DNA from: Octopus vulgaris
Taxonomy: Eukaryota
DNA length: 64,000 nucleotides
Assembly (NCBI GenBank): GCA_951406725.2
Contig: OX597816.1
Coordinates: 112,778,001-112,842,000 of the forward strand
Reading direction: 5' to 3'
The notes below the pieces were generated by a model. The model did no database searches. It was given only the letters and a program-made list of their open reading frames with translations, and was not told where the DNA came from. The translations under genes and the position numbers were made by a program. Below, piece after piece: positions 63,230-64,000 of the stretch; positions within the stretch are counted from its first letter, which is position 1; every line of letters begins with the position of its first letter.

Positions 63230-64000
63230 TGTTACTATCATGTTTTCATTGTTGGTGCTGCTTTGTTTTATACAAACTGTTTCACCCAAAAACCTCAAGA
63301 GACAGCAAGTTGGACATTTTCTCTGTTGGTGTTATTTATGAATAACAATTATATATTTCGGGCAAAATACTTGAAATCAAAATTTCACAAAAAGTCTGTC
63401 GCAATATTTGCAATTTTGAAAGAGTATAAAATATTCACATACTCTTAAACTGACAGTATTTTTCTTAGAATTTGGTTCGTATCTATGAGAGAAATTTATT
63501 GTTGTTTTGATACTTTTAAGTTTCCAGTATTTGACCATGGTATTTAAAAGCGCTGTTAAATATCACCAAACATCTGATGATCACGGGAACAATTGTTGTT
63601 TGTAGATGACACATTTTTAAGACCTTTATTTCAAGGTCTTTGTATTTATTTAACTTTTCAAATCATATATTTTCACAGTGATGTTGCAGTCTGCTGAGAT
63701 TGACATATTTATGAGAAAACATGTTTCATCAACATGGTTTTTCCCACACAATGTATTGTCTATTGGCCTGAATAGCTCAATCAGTTCTACTACTAAAGTC
63801 CCAAAGAATGGTGATATTTTTATTTTCTCCTACTTCAAGAGGCTTATATTCCTATCAGTCCTTCTCAAATAGGAGTTCAAACTGATGGTATATGATCCAG
63901 TGCAAAAAACTGCCCAATCTATTTAGGTGATTAGTATACTCATTTGAAGATAACATAAAATAGCCTGAAATGAAGAGGTCAAATTTTTCTCTGGTTACAT
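63230..64000 (-). pseudogene. R4/Dong-clade non-LTR retrotransposon 3' end (restriction-like endonuclease domain plus 3' UTR), degenerate
   Basis: Minus strand reads EKFDLFISGY…EYTNHLNRLGSFLHW…ENKNITILWDFSSRTD*AIQANRQYIV…CFLINMSISADCNI…KYKDLEIKVLKMCHLQTTIVPVII…ILRKILSV* (stop at 63445-63447). This matches the RHD, ILWD, RPD and KY..L motifs of RLE elements. Confidence 0.88.

Overview
AT-rich, repeat-dense eukaryotic DNA with no host protein-coding exon I can recognise, so it is probably intronic or intergenic. The abundant tRNA-derived SINEs, (TA)n/(CA)n microsatellites, Penelope-like, RTE, CR1 and R4/Dong fragments match my recollection of octopus (coleoid cephalopod) genomes; this taxon call is an inference, not a database result. 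Most ORFs in the track are microsatellite or SINE artefacts. The real coding signal is all transposon-derived: two mariner remnants, a Penelope RT fragment, a Penelope GIY-YIG fragment and a young CR1 RT 3' end. Three further fossils are missing from the ORF track: an RTE RT C-terminus (~4.8-5.2 kb), a Ty3/Gypsy integrase (~45.5-46.1 kb) and an R4/Dong restriction-like endonuclease (~63.4-64 kb). The most notable structures are a short-motif/variable-spacer array at ~17 kb, head-to-tail SINE arrays at 49-52 kb and 61.8-62.9 kb, SINE head/tail module swapping, a 9-bp-TSD MITE carrying TTAGGG repeats, long fold-back hairpins, several non-canonical hammerhead-like motifs at repeat termini, and a tRNA-like module directly behind a Penelope ORF. 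I see no evidence of a complete new gene system; the findings are hypotheses. SINE-A/B/C/D and family X are my working labels. Boundaries were read by eye and may be off by several bases, more so for degenerate copies.
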